From: Oligoflexia bacterium
Lineage (GTDB): Bacteria; Bdellovibrionota; UBA1018
Direction of reading: 5' to 3'
Length of the DNA stretch: 64,000 nucleotides
NCBI GenBank assembly: GCA_963758495.1
Contig: CAVWVI010000004.1
Span: forward strand, 128,001-192,000
In this document: piece after piece, positions 29,714 to 39,469 of the stretch
How the letters are laid out: each line of letters starts with the position of its first letter
Numbering within the stretch: the first letter of the stretch is position 1
Notes under the pieces: model-generated
What the model was told of the DNA's origin: nothing
The model's database searches: none
The model's input: only the letters and a program-made list of their open reading frames with translations
Position numbers and translations under genes: made by a program

Positions 29714-32376
29714 AAACTAGCTTCTCTTTCTTTTTTAATTTTTTCTAAAATAGAGTCGTGTAGAAGAATCGCTTCATAAATACCGACTTCTTTAGTTTCT
29801 CGTTCTTTTCTCATTTTTCTCAGCACTTTAATGTCAGCAATCACATCGTTGGGCGGATTATAAATATTAAAAAGCGTAACTGACATAGGCCCCCAAGCCC
29901 CAGCATTCAAAAAAAATTCTGCTTCCTTAATGTAATCACCTATCAATGTACAGCCAGCTAAAAGTGGGGACTGAATATTTTCAAGATGTTTCAAATCAGA
30001 ACATTGGTCTTTGTAAGTAAGAATATTTTGATAAATCTCATAACGAGATTTAAGAGGATCTCCTGGTTTATTGCTCATTTCTTGACGCTGAATGGTATCA
30101 AAATTTAATTGATAAATCACTTCACCTACTTCATCGACAAAACGAAGACTCTCAATATTCTGTCGCTTCTTTTCATCGTATTTTTTTTCCCATTCCTTGA
30201 ATTGATTCGAAAGAATTCGATCCAAACTTTTGGAGATCAAGGAAAACTGACCTTCGATTTCCAATTGAACCTTAGAGTAATGACTTTTGATTTCCTCGAT
30301 TATCAGATTAAGCTTAGTGGGCACAGTCTGATTCAATCCCTTGAGGTTTCTATACTCTAAAAATAAATCCGACACTTCATGGGCACCCCTCTCAAACTCC
30401 ATTTTGATTTGTGCTTGAGAAAAGTAGAGTTTTTCAAATTTAAATTTTGATTGAATCAAATCTTTAATACTCACAGCTTCTTCTATTTTTTGAACATGTA
30501 CTGCGACTTGTTTCTGCGCCACAGGATGAGCGGTCAACAAATCAGCGAATCGCTCCATAAGTGCGTCTAACCGCTCTTGTAAATCCTTTTGAGTACTCTC
30601 TTCTTCTTCGGTAGCTTGAAACCCTGTATCTAACTTCACTTGAATGGGTTCTGACTTTAATCCAGGAGGAGCGACAGATTTAATTTCCGAGGTTAGAATC
30701 AGTTTAGAATCTATTTGCTGCGGATCACTTAAATCCACGTCACCATTACAAAGAGGAATTTCGAAATAGCTGCTCACATGAGCACTTAATTGAGGAAAGA
30801 GTTCTAACTTTGCGCGATTATATTCGACACAACGAAGAATGGCCTGTTCAAGTTCGTGACGAATGATTTTATTTATCTGATCATGTACCTGACTTTGAAG
30901 CTGCATCCACAGAGGCTTAGCCTCCGAAACATTCTTTATTTTTAAAACTTTTTCAATCAGCTCTGTAAGTATTGACAAATACTGTCTAGTTTTTGCCAAA
31001 ATGGTAACATCCAAGTCAGAATTCATCACATGCTGGGTTAATTTTCGTGTATTCAGCTCCCAGGAATCACGAATCAATTGCCGTAAACCCTCCTGAAGCT
31101 GAAATACTCTTTCTGATTGATGCCCAGAAGTTCCGATATTGAGTTGCTCAGTAGAATGAATGCGAGAAATTGACTCTTCGAAAAAAAACTTAAGGCTCCG
31201 TACAAAGCTAAAAGCAAACCACGACTCATGAACTTTTCTTCGCTCATTTTCCAGTAACTGAAATGAAATAAGAATTCCATTCTCAATCTGCTCCAGTTGA
31301 TTCTTAGAATGCTTTGTGTAAACAGAAAAGAATGGATCATCGTGCGATCGATTTAAACCTACCTCACCTAAGTCACCTTTACCTAGATTGCCTGGATCTG
31401 ATAAATCCTGAACACCCATTGGGCCATTAGAAATCTCCATATGATTCCATAAGAGACTAGCGGCATCACCCTTACCTCCTACACCTCCCCGACCCGGATC
31501 TCCTTTTAATCCAGGCTTACCCCCCTGACCTCCTAAACCTGGAAAAGAGTGCAAATGCCTTTTATCTAATTCTTTTAGCGACTGATTAGTCAAAAACACA
31601 AAAGGAATTGCACAGCCACCTTTTCCTCCTGTGCCGCCCTTTCCACCTCGACCCCCACGCCCTCCAGCACCTCCTCTACCCGCTGTACTAGTTGACCCAT
31701 TATAGGTCGCATGAGCTGGGCCACCCGGACCGCCATCACCGCCAGCACCCCCTTTTCCTCCAGTTCCTCCTACGCCACCGGATTGACCTTCGCAGATGAT
31801 CTTAGGTGTTCCCAAAACTTGTGCTGCAAAAAAGTAGATTGGCTTCGGATTTTTTTCACCATTCATCCCACAGTAGCCAGTTTCCCCATCATTTCCCGCA
31901 CCTCCCGCTACTCCATCATTACCAATCGAAGTGAGTTCATGATTCTTTATACCTAAAGGATGGACTCTTAAAGGAGTTGGAAGATTACTTTCCGTAGTCA
32001 ATGCAGCGACAGAAGGACTTTGTTCTTGCGCAGGCGCACAAAAACTATAGCCTTGGATAGAGCCCTTCTCTGTAAAAATGACCTGCCGAGCTTCAACAAT
32101 CAATTGATATCCATGAGTGAATATGGGTCCATCAATCACGATTTGATCTGCTCGAATCACTTCGTCATTTTTAAGTACAAAGGAATGGGGTCCTAGTGTG
32201 ATTTTATTTCCATAAATCAATAAAGACTGATTCAATAAATCCGACTCAACTTTAAAAGGATCGAAATCGGTATCTACTTCATCGCCTGAATGAGCACGAC
32301 CCCCCAGAAATAATAGGCTCGTCATGATCAACAGCGGCGCTATCCGAGAAAATTTTTTAAATAAATATTTTTTCAT
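29710..32376 (-). CDS. Large secreted protein with Gly-rich (collagen/PGRS-like) segments and coiled-coil C-terminus
   Basis: Probable start MKKYLFKK with signal peptide; GGxGGxG repeats; C-terminal domain shared with next gene. Confidence 0.75.
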   Translation of the reverse strand: MKKYLFKKFSRIAPLLIMTSLLFLGGRAHSGDEVDTDFDPFKVESDLLNQSLLIYGNKITLGPHSFVLKNDEVIRADQIVIDGPIFTHGYQLIVEARQVIFTEKGSIQGYSFCAPAQEQSPSVAALTTESNLPTPLRVHPLGIKNHELTSIGNDGVAGGAGNDGETGYCGMNGEKNPKPIYFFAAQVLGTPKIICEGQSGGVGGTGGKGGAGGDGGPGGPAHATYNGSTSTAGRGGAGGRGGRGGKGGTGGKGGCAIPFVFLTNQSLKELDKRHLHSFPGLGGQGGKPGLKGDPGRGGVGGKGDAASLLWNHMEISNGPMGVQDLSDPGNLGKGDLGEVGLNRSHDDPFFSVYTKHSKNQLEQIENGILISFQLLENERRKVHESWFAFSFVRSLKFFFEESISRIHSTEQLNIGTSGHQSERVFQLQEGLRQLIRDSWELNTRKLTQHVMNSDLDVTILAKTRQYLSILTELIEKVLKIKNVSEAKPLWMQLQSQVHDQINKIIRHELEQAILRCVEYNRAKLELFPQLSAHVSSYFEIPLCNGDVDLSDPQQIDSKLILTSEIKSVAPPGLKSEPIQVKLDTGFQATEEEESTQKDLQERLDALMERFADLLTAHPVAQKQVAVHVQKIEEAVSIKDLIQSKFKFEKLYFSQAQIKMEFERGAHEVSDLFLEYRNLKGLNQTVPTKLNLIIEEIKSHYSKVQLEIEGQFSLISKSLDRILSNQFKEWEKKYDEKKRQNIESLRFVDEVGEVIYQLNFDTIQRQEMSNKPGDPLKSRYEIYQNILTYKDQCSDLKHLENIQSPLLAGCTLIGDYIKEAEFFLNAGAWGPMSVTLFNIYNPPNDVIADIKVLRKMRKERETKEVGIYEAILLHDSILEKIKKEREASL

Positions 32377-32398
32377 AAAAATACAAATCTTGAACGAC

Positions 32399-33541
32399 TT
32401 ACAAATTGGCCCTAGCGTTAATTCTCGCAAGTATGCCTCCAGCATCGTTGATCTCTTCATCTAAAATATTCTGTAATTCTTCTTCCAGAATTAATTTTTC
32501 CCTGGCAACATCATAAAAATCCTTCAATGCTTCCTTTGCCAAGACGTATTGACTGAGCATCTGCGCATATTGCTGCTTAGCTTCGGCTACTCGCTCTTTT
32601 TTTACTCTCTCTGCAATTTTCTTTACGGTCTCATCTATTGCCTTAAATGGTCCAGACCTAAAAAACTCTAAAAATCTATTTTTCGGTTGAGCAGACTGCC
32701 TTTGTTTTTCTAATAAAATACTTTCTAAAATGTCCCCCATGAGATCCTTGACGTCTTCACCAAACAATCCCGTATCATCGTCAACAATAGCCTTGATTCT
32801 GTCCGTATCGAATCCACTTAATCCGGAAGTATAAGAAAATAACTTATCTGAGCTGGACTTAATTAATCCATAATCTGACTTTATTGCATCCAATGATTCT
32901 AACAGTTTGTATTGATCTTTCAGTTTGGTGAGCTTTATTTTCAAATCTCTTCGCACCTTAACCGCGTCTTTTTTTGACTTCACTGCTAACACATTTAAAC
33001 TAACGCTAAAACTGATCCTACAATTTCTATCAAACTGCCCATCAGAAAAAGAAAGCCTGTTGATCGGCTCAATTTTTACTGTTCCAATTGCTTCATTTTC
33101 AGGCAAATAGATAATCTTTCGCACATCATTTAAATAATCCATACCCTCATACTTAATAAATTTTCCATGTACCGAATCAATCTCAAGTCTCAATAAGGAC
33201 GAACTACCTACACGCTTACTTTTTCCACATGAATCTGATCTTTTAAACTTAATTTCAGTCTGAAATGGAAGAAATGGAAGTAAGTTTCTATTTTCTCCTA
33301 TTTCGATTAAATCCAATTTACATTGACCCATTTTTCCAGAGTGCAGTACTCCACAGTTATCTTGAGAAACCAAGGTATAATCATTTATGATAGGCCTAAT
33401 GACTTCCGAAGCAGACCCTGAAGCTGACTCAACAACAGTAGAAGCCTGAGTAGATGACTCCGAAGGTGCCGCTTGGGTGCTCTGAGAAAGTAAAAAAACA
33501 CCCATTGAAATTTTTGCAATTAATACAACAAAAGTATTCAT
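32399..33541 (-). CDS. Secreted hypothetical protein, beta-rich N-terminus and coiled-coil C-terminus
   Basis: Signal peptide ending TQA; 380 aa. Confidence 0.7.
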   Translation of the reverse strand: MNTFVVLIAKISMGVFLLSQSTQAAPSESSTQASTVVESASGSASEVIRPIINDYTLVSQDNCGVLHSGKMGQCKLDLIEIGENRNLLPFLPFQTEIKFKRSDSCGKSKRVGSSSLLRLEIDSVHGKFIKYEGMDYLNDVRKIIYLPENEAIGTVKIEPINRLSFSDGQFDRNCRISFSVSLNVLAVKSKKDAVKVRRDLKIKLTKLKDQYKLLESLDAIKSDYGLIKSSSDKLFSYTSGLSGFDTDRIKAIVDDDTGLFGEDVKDLMGDILESILLEKQRQSAQPKNRFLEFFRSGPFKAIDETVKKIAERVKKERVAEAKQQYAQMLSQYVLAKEALKDFYDVAREKLILEEELQNILDEEINDAGGILARINARANL

Positions 33542-33579
33542 ATAATTATATTTTTTATTAATGATGTTATTTTTAAGAA

Positions 33580-34302
33580 TTATTTCTTTGCACTTCTGGC
33601 ATTCAGTTTAGCTTCTATCGCATTATCAATATAAGCATCTAAAACTTTGAGCAGTGCCTTGTTCTTTATTAAAGCATTGGGTAGATCTTTTATTTCATCC
33701 ATAATGGCATTAATTTTTTTGGTTTGTTTATTTTTAGGTGTGAGATTTACCTTGATATAAGTATTAACAATAACACAACGCGGTCGCGTCTCTGCTCCAC
33801 CTGTAGGATCGATGAGAAACCAATGAGCATTTCGACCGGTATTCTCACCCCAACAAGGGCGATTACAGTGAATTGCGCTGTGACCTGATCCTTTATCATT
33901 GGCTACGGTAAAACGATCTGAGTCATGAGTATGGGATTTTAATAAATCCTGTTGGTAATTACCTACACATAGATTTCCTTCAGGATTACCGCGTTCGGCA
34001 CTTTGATCCCAATTAGAACTTCTAAGAAATACTCCCCTTGAATCTGGAAGAGGCCCTGTCCAAAGCTTTTCACTCATCAGGGCATCATCATCTTTTAATT
34101 TCTGGCCATTCATCAATACCCATCCATCACCGTAAATTCTCTGAAATGCATCTGGTGCAAGAATAGATTGGCGGATTTCACCTAAATTTCCAGTATCTCT
34201 TTCTGGAATAGCGTGGGCGGTAAGTGCCATTAAAAATATGAGTAAACCTAAATACATCTGTTTTTGAATTTTAAAAATCACTTCAAACTCCGTAATAAAC
34301 AA
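33580..34302 (-). CDS. Secreted protein with phage tail-collar/tail-fibre-like domain
   Basis: GWVLMNGQ...LPDSRGVFLR...GNYQQDLLKSHTH...GGAETRPRCVIVNTYIKV; signal peptide ending AHA. Confidence 0.7.
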   Translation of the reverse strand: MFITEFEVIFKIQKQMYLGLLIFLMALTAHAIPERDTGNLGEIRQSILAPDAFQRIYGDGWVLMNGQKLKDDDALMSEKLWTGPLPDSRGVFLRSSNWDQSAERGNPEGNLCVGNYQQDLLKSHTHDSDRFTVANDKGSGHSAIHCNRPCWGENTGRNAHWFLIDPTGGAETRPRCVIVNTYIKVNLTPKNKQTKKINAIMDEIKDLPNALIKNKALLKVLDAYIDNAIEAKLNARSAKK

Positions 34303-34693
34303 TTAACTTAAATTAAAGGTAGTTTGATACATCAACCAAGAGAATAAGTAAATATACGATATTTAAAACACCTGTAATTACAGCGTTTAAATTTTCTTAA
34401 CCATTATTTAAATTTATTTGATTAAAAATCGTAACCTTTTGAAAATAGCACTCTAAACTACAATCTTTTAAGTTTATTAATAAATATACTTAAAGCGAAT
34501 ACATTCTAAAAAACGGAGAATCGCCGTCCATAATGGACAAAATACAGCGATTACTGTGAAAATTTCTGTAAAAAATTAACAAAAATAACTGGTCAGAACT
34601 ATTAAAAACAAGTACTTAACTACAAAACAGACCAACGAATAACGAACTGAACTACCCTGAACTACTAAGGAAGAGAAGTCGAGCGCATTAAAA

Positions 34694-35767
34694 ATGCTAA
34701 AGAACGTAGGAATCAATAAAGTTAAGAGTATTATATTTGGACTTTGTATTGCCGGTGCAATTGGCTGTGGAAAAACCGACGAACATCGCCTAACTGATAC
34801 TGAAATCAAAGCAAAGGTACAGAGCTATCCCAAACGCGATATCACCTCTGACTCTCAGGTTCAAAAATACCTAAAGGACCATAAAGTCTATATCTCATTG
34901 ACGACTTCACCCACCCGTATCTCTAAGATTGATAATGTTTTAGATACACTGGAGCTTGAATATATAGAAAATATTCTCATCAATTTACCACTCCGCTTTG
35001 GAAGAGATGACTCAACCTACAAGGTCCCTTTCGAATTAATAAAAAAATATAATAACAAAGTACTTTTTCTTCGTCCTCCCAAGGACCTGGGTCCAATCAC
35101 CAAACTACTCCCCAGCACTCAATACATTAAGGAACAAGGCGATAAAGATGCAATTCTAATTTCCATTGACGACGATACGGCTTACCCAAGAGGAATGGTG
35201 AACGAAATGATTCAAAATATCGTACATCACCCTCATACAGTAATTGCTTCTTCAGGCCAAGATCTTCGCTTTTGGAACATTGATGACAAGAAAATGCCGA
35301 TTGCATCCAAAAATACCGGTAGACAATGTCGAGATGGAAAAGACTCCTACTGCGATGTCGTAGAAGGATTTGGAAGTATTGGATACCGCGTAGGCTTTAT
35401 CCATGTCGATCTGATGAAAAAGCTCTCTGCAAGTGAGTTCTCAAGGGACTGTTTCGTGTCTGATGATCTGGTCATCAGCTTTTCATTGGCTCTCTCCGGT
35501 ATAGATCGGTTGAAGATCTCAAACAAGTTCCTCGGACTCCACCGCATTCATCTATTTTCATATGGCTTCGAAGATGATGCATTACACAAAGGAGCAGGCT
35601 TGGACCCCTCAATGGCCAGCACTTCCGACATGAACAATATCAAGTATCAAAACTGTCATGCGAAATTAATTGAACTCACTTACAATAAGACAACTGCACA
35701 ATTTAACGATGTAAATCAAATCATTGCTGAATGGAATCAGAGGTATTTACCCACTACTCACCCCTAA
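34694..35767 (+). CDS. GT-A fold glycosyltransferase-like lipoprotein
   Basis: Lipobox AIGC; ISLTTSPTRI, DLGPITKLLP, ISIDDD, SDDLVIS motifs. Confidence 0.7.
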   Translation: MLKNVGINKVKSIIFGLCIAGAIGCGKTDEHRLTDTEIKAKVQSYPKRDITSDSQVQKYLKDHKVYISLTTSPTRISKIDNVLDTLELEYIENILINLPLRFGRDDSTYKVPFELIKKYNNKVLFLRPPKDLGPITKLLPSTQYIKEQGDKDAILISIDDDTAYPRGMVNEMIQNIVHHPHTVIASSGQDLRFWNIDDKKMPIASKNTGRQCRDGKDSYCDVVEGFGSIGYRVGFIHVDLMKKLSASEFSRDCFVSDDLVISFSLALSGIDRLKISNKFLGLHRIHLFSYGFEDDALHKGAGLDPSMASTSDMNNIKYQNCHAKLIELTYNKTTAQFNDVNQIIAEWNQRYLPTTHP

Positions 35768-35768
35768 T

Positions 35769-35790
35769 GGTAAGCAGTTCCCTTAGGGCT
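35769..35790. repeat. Dispersed ~22-bp intergenic motif, copy 1
   Basis: GGTAAGCAGTTCCCTTAGGGCT; similar to 58428 and 59458. Confidence 0.5.
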
Positions 35791-35940
35791 CGTATGCATG
35801 TTCAGCCGTCAAGACTAAAATGATCTTCCAAATCGATCTTTTTTTGGCTTTTTTTCGACGATCTCAACTTTTCCTAAAAAGAAATTTTCAAACCTTAGAC
35901 ATCCCGTGCTAAAAGACCCCTTTCGAAGGGGAGAATTCTT

Positions 35941-38133
35941 TTGAAATACATTCAATTACTACTGTGCACAGTTCTAATTAGCTCAAGCACCTTATTTGCA
36001 AATTCGACTTTAAAGGTTAGCACTGACTTAACGAATCGTGGCCCCTTTGAAATCACAAGTAGTGAATATCGGCTTCCCGCAGAAATTGACTATCATGTTT
36101 TAGCAGATCGAAAAACTGAGATCTGGGCAAGACTTTATCGCCCCACTGATTTATCGAATGGCCCGTATCCTTTGGTTGTTTTTCTTCATGGCAATCATGG
36201 AACCTGTGGCATTGGCTCACACCCAAGACAAGACTCGAATTGCGAATACACCATTACGGGAACTTGTCCAAGTGGTTACGTAGTCACACCTAATCACTTA
36301 GGTTATAGTTACCTTGCAGAAAATGTCGCATCCTGGGGTTTTCTAGTGATCTCCATCAATGCGAATCGCGGAATCACTTGTGGCGAGGGAGTTTCGGGTG
36401 ATTATGGACTCAATTTAGCAAGAGGTCGCCTTGTTTTAAAACATTTGAACATCCTCAGCTCCTGGGCCCACAACGGAGGAGCACCTCAATCACTTGGACT
36501 TGGGTCAGATGGACTTGTTGGTAAAATTGATTTCGCCCAAGTCGGGCTCATGGGACATTCACGTGGAGGAGAAGGCGTCAGGGCTGCTTATAATTTATAT
36601 CAAGATAGCGGCAGCCCATGGAAAGAGAGAATTCCTGAACTGCAAATTCGTGCGATTTTTGAAATTGGCGCCGTAGATGGTCAAACGAATCGAGTACTCA
36701 ATGCGAACGGAATTGCTTGGAACCAACTCCTTCCGATGTGTGACGGCGATGTCTCAGATCTACAAGGAAGGTATCCATTTGAGAGAATGCTTCTCAACTC
36801 CAATGAAGCAGAGATCGCTCAAAAATCAACTTATCAGGTTTGGGGAGCTAATCACAATTTTTTTAATACAGAATGGCAAACGAGCGATTCAGAGGGATGC
36901 TATCAACATAAGCCCATATTTAATCCTGATACATTCGAGTCCAAAGCTCAGCAGCTGATCGCACTAGCCAGTCTTCCTGCATTTTTTAGAAGTCATTTAA
37001 GCTCCTCCGCAGAGGAATTTAATCAAATCTTTAACCCCATTTCTCACCTTCCTGCTTCCATCCTTAACATTACCCACGTGACTAGAGACTTCACTGTCTC
37101 ACCCAGCCAAAAAGAGCAGATGCGCTTTGAAGAATTTGACCAAAATACAGGAATGGGCACTTATGGATTCCCTCATCTTTCTCAAGGACTCAAAATAATC
37201 CACATAAGAAGTGATCAAACTCTTCAGAGAGTAGCAAAGATCAGTTGGAATCTTGAGGGAGAAGATGTTTTTTTCCAGTCTGTTTGGTCTCGTGTAAACA
37301 ACGGACGTGATCTCCGTGATTTAAAAACATTGGACTTTAGAATCACTCGGCTCATTAACCCTCTCAACTCTAGCCCTTCTACAGACTTTTCAATTCAACT
37401 TTTAGGTGTTGGAGATCAGCTCTCTGAACCCGTTCAACTCAGTCGTTTTCTTAATTTGATCGGTCCAGCAATCCAAGGGAGTATCGTGCTTCAAACAGTG
37501 AGAATTCCTATTCAAGAATTTCGCAATATTGATTTGCAGCAGATCAGGGGCATCCGTTTTACATTTAACCGAACCCCATCTGGATCCATTGCTTTGGGAA
37601 ATATCCGATTTTCAAGATCTCTGGGTGCAGGTGGAGTAGGCTCAAGTCAGCTCAGCTTAGCAACGTCCAGGGAAACACCTAGAGAAATACGTAGAAAACC
37701 TATCTGGGAAACAATTTGGGGAACATCCAGACCCAATCATCTGTCATTTCCAAATAGAGCGATGAAGGAGTTTCCTCAACCTCGTATTCAAAAAATCGTC
37801 GCAAAAGAAAAAAAACGTATTCAAAGTATGAAAAGTATTCCAATGAGTTCCGCTCTTCATGGTCGTCCTTCAATTGAAATCCACATCAGCAGTGAAGTCC
37901 CCTTCGAAGTTAGGGATGCATTACCTCTGCTTAAAATAGGGAACTCTGAATTCAAACTGAGTCGATTTGGAGATCAGGGAGATCTTAAAAATTTGATATT
38001 CACTTTGGAAAATGAAAATTTTAACGAGCTTTCTCAAAACAGTCCTGTTCATATGTCGTATGATTCCACACCCGGCACAGAAATAGAGGAATCATACGAC
38101 TTAGGAAACCTAGATAAAAACATACTGCATTAA
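35941..38133 (+). CDS. Secreted alpha/beta hydrolase with C-terminal beta-sandwich domains
   Basis: Signal peptide; FLHGNH, GHSRGG nucleophile elbow, DGDV, GANHNFFN. Confidence 0.8.
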   Translation: MKYIQLLLCTVLISSSTLFANSTLKVSTDLTNRGPFEITSSEYRLPAEIDYHVLADRKTEIWARLYRPTDLSNGPYPLVVFLHGNHGTCGIGSHPRQDSNCEYTITGTCPSGYVVTPNHLGYSYLAENVASWGFLVISINANRGITCGEGVSGDYGLNLARGRLVLKHLNILSSWAHNGGAPQSLGLGSDGLVGKIDFAQVGLMGHSRGGEGVRAAYNLYQDSGSPWKERIPELQIRAIFEIGAVDGQTNRVLNANGIAWNQLLPMCDGDVSDLQGRYPFERMLLNSNEAEIAQKSTYQVWGANHNFFNTEWQTSDSEGCYQHKPIFNPDTFESKAQQLIALASLPAFFRSHLSSSAEEFNQIFNPISHLPASILNITHVTRDFTVSPSQKEQMRFEEFDQNTGMGTYGFPHLSQGLKIIHIRSDQTLQRVAKISWNLEGEDVFFQSVWSRVNNGRDLRDLKTLDFRITRLINPLNSSPSTDFSIQLLGVGDQLSEPVQLSRFLNLIGPAIQGSIVLQTVRIPIQEFRNIDLQQIRGIRFTFNRTPSGSIALGNIRFSRSLGAGGVGSSQLSLATSRETPREIRRKPIWETIWGTSRPNHLSFPNRAMKEFPQPRIQKIVAKEKKRIQSMKSIPMSSALHGRPSIEIHISSEVPFEVRDALPLLKIGNSEFKLSRFGDQGDLKNLIFTLENENFNELSQNSPVHMSYDSTPGTEIEESYDLGNLDKNILH

Positions 38134-38138
38134 GCCTG

Positions 38139-39377
38139 TCACTGCTCGACGGCTTCTACAATAATTTTTAAAGTCTCTGCGTCCTTAATCTCTTCTGTCG
38201 ATGAGATATGAGAGATATAAAGATACTTTAACTCAGAAATATCTGTAAGAGTACCTTGACCAGAAAGAGGACCATAGACTTGAGATCGATCTGCTAGCCA
38301 GCCATCTTGGCCTACAAAAAAGGTAATGGATTGAGCTTGAGGATGGTCAATTCTCCAGTTAATTTTTTTAACGCGAATCGGAACTTCTCCTCCTAAATTA
38401 AAATTATTACTACCTCTGGGTTGATGGAGTGATACCGAAAGAGGAAAGGTATCTACAGAAAAAACCTGCAACTTTTGATCAGCAGCTATTCTCCACCAAT
38501 CTCTTTGAGTGGGTGCTGTATTCCCATCTACTCCCCATCTTCCTTTAAAACGAATCCATTCTTGCCCAGGTGTTGGATTCTCTAATGTACCGACGTTAAT
38601 TATATTTTCCCAACACTTCCATTGAGGTCCGTTACTGGCTGTTCTATCTAATATCCTATTAAAAAAATTGAAACTCTTCGGGTAACTCGCATGCCCATGA
38701 TACGCAGAGTAAACCACTGGATGGGTTTCTAATGCATACTCCAGTTCGTTTGCAGAATAGACTGCACCATAGCCATTTGAACCATGCCTATCGTAATAAG
38801 CATGATCGATTTTATATTGACCCCGCTCTTTTACTAAGTGGACATCAATATGTTCCCAATCTCCCTCATGAGTGCCAATAGGTCCTAAAATCCAAGTTAG
38901 ATTTCCATTGTATGTGTAAAAAAAAGAATATTGTATGACTGCCCCGTTTTCCTTCTGAATAAAGTTTGCATAACAAGGTGCCGTGACTGTTTGAATTTGC
39001 TCTTGGCCTACTAGAGAATGAATTCCTAAAGAAGGACCTTTTAAGGTTTTTAACCTGTCTTCCATACGAGGTGTGAGATAAGTATGTTCGTCAGAAATTT
39101 TTTCTAAATCCGCAATAGTCGGTTTATTTAAAATGAGTTCAGCTTCATTTTCATATTGAGTCGGATCTTTTTTCAAACTGCATCGCTCAATATACCAATC
39201 GACAGAACTCGGTAAATACTCTTCCCCTTTATAAAGCTTGACGAGAGGAGCAAATTTTTTAATCACATCATCCGCGAGTTCATGAGAAATTTCTTCTTCA
39301 GCCCCTAAAGCTGAACTGATTTGACTAAAAATAAAAAATAAAATTAGAATTTTTTTTTGAACTTCTTTTAACTTCAC
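38139..39377 (-). CDS. Vps62/DUF946-like secreted protein
   Basis: KFAPLVKL...EYLPSSV, QYSFFY, HEGDWEH, PVVYSA..HASYP, FKGRWG. Confidence 0.75.
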   Translation of the reverse strand: MKLKEVQKKILILFFIFSQISSALGAEEEISHELADDVIKKFAPLVKLYKGEEYLPSSVDWYIERCSLKKDPTQYENEAELILNKPTIADLEKISDEHTYLTPRMEDRLKTLKGPSLGIHSLVGQEQIQTVTAPCYANFIQKENGAVIQYSFFYTYNGNLTWILGPIGTHEGDWEHIDVHLVKERGQYKIDHAYYDRHGSNGYGAVYSANELEYALETHPVVYSAYHGHASYPKSFNFFNRILDRTASNGPQWKCWENIINVGTLENPTPGQEWIRFKGRWGVDGNTAPTQRDWWRIAADQKLQVFSVDTFPLSVSLHQPRGSNNFNLGGEVPIRVKKINWRIDHPQAQSITFFVGQDGWLADRSQVYGPLSGQGTLTDISELKYLYISHISSTEEIKDAETLKIIVEAVEQ

Positions 39378-39469
39378 TGAAACACCCCCACTGTTTGACG
39401 CAGAAACCTACTTTTTTAAAAGACATTTGTCAATTTTTAGAATCAATGAATTTTTTAGAATCAGTGAGT

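Noticed and set aside
23637..34302. Prophage or contractile injection system
   Set aside because: Only one tail-collar-like domain; no sheath, tube, baseplate, capsid, terminase or integrase, and the proteins have signal peptides
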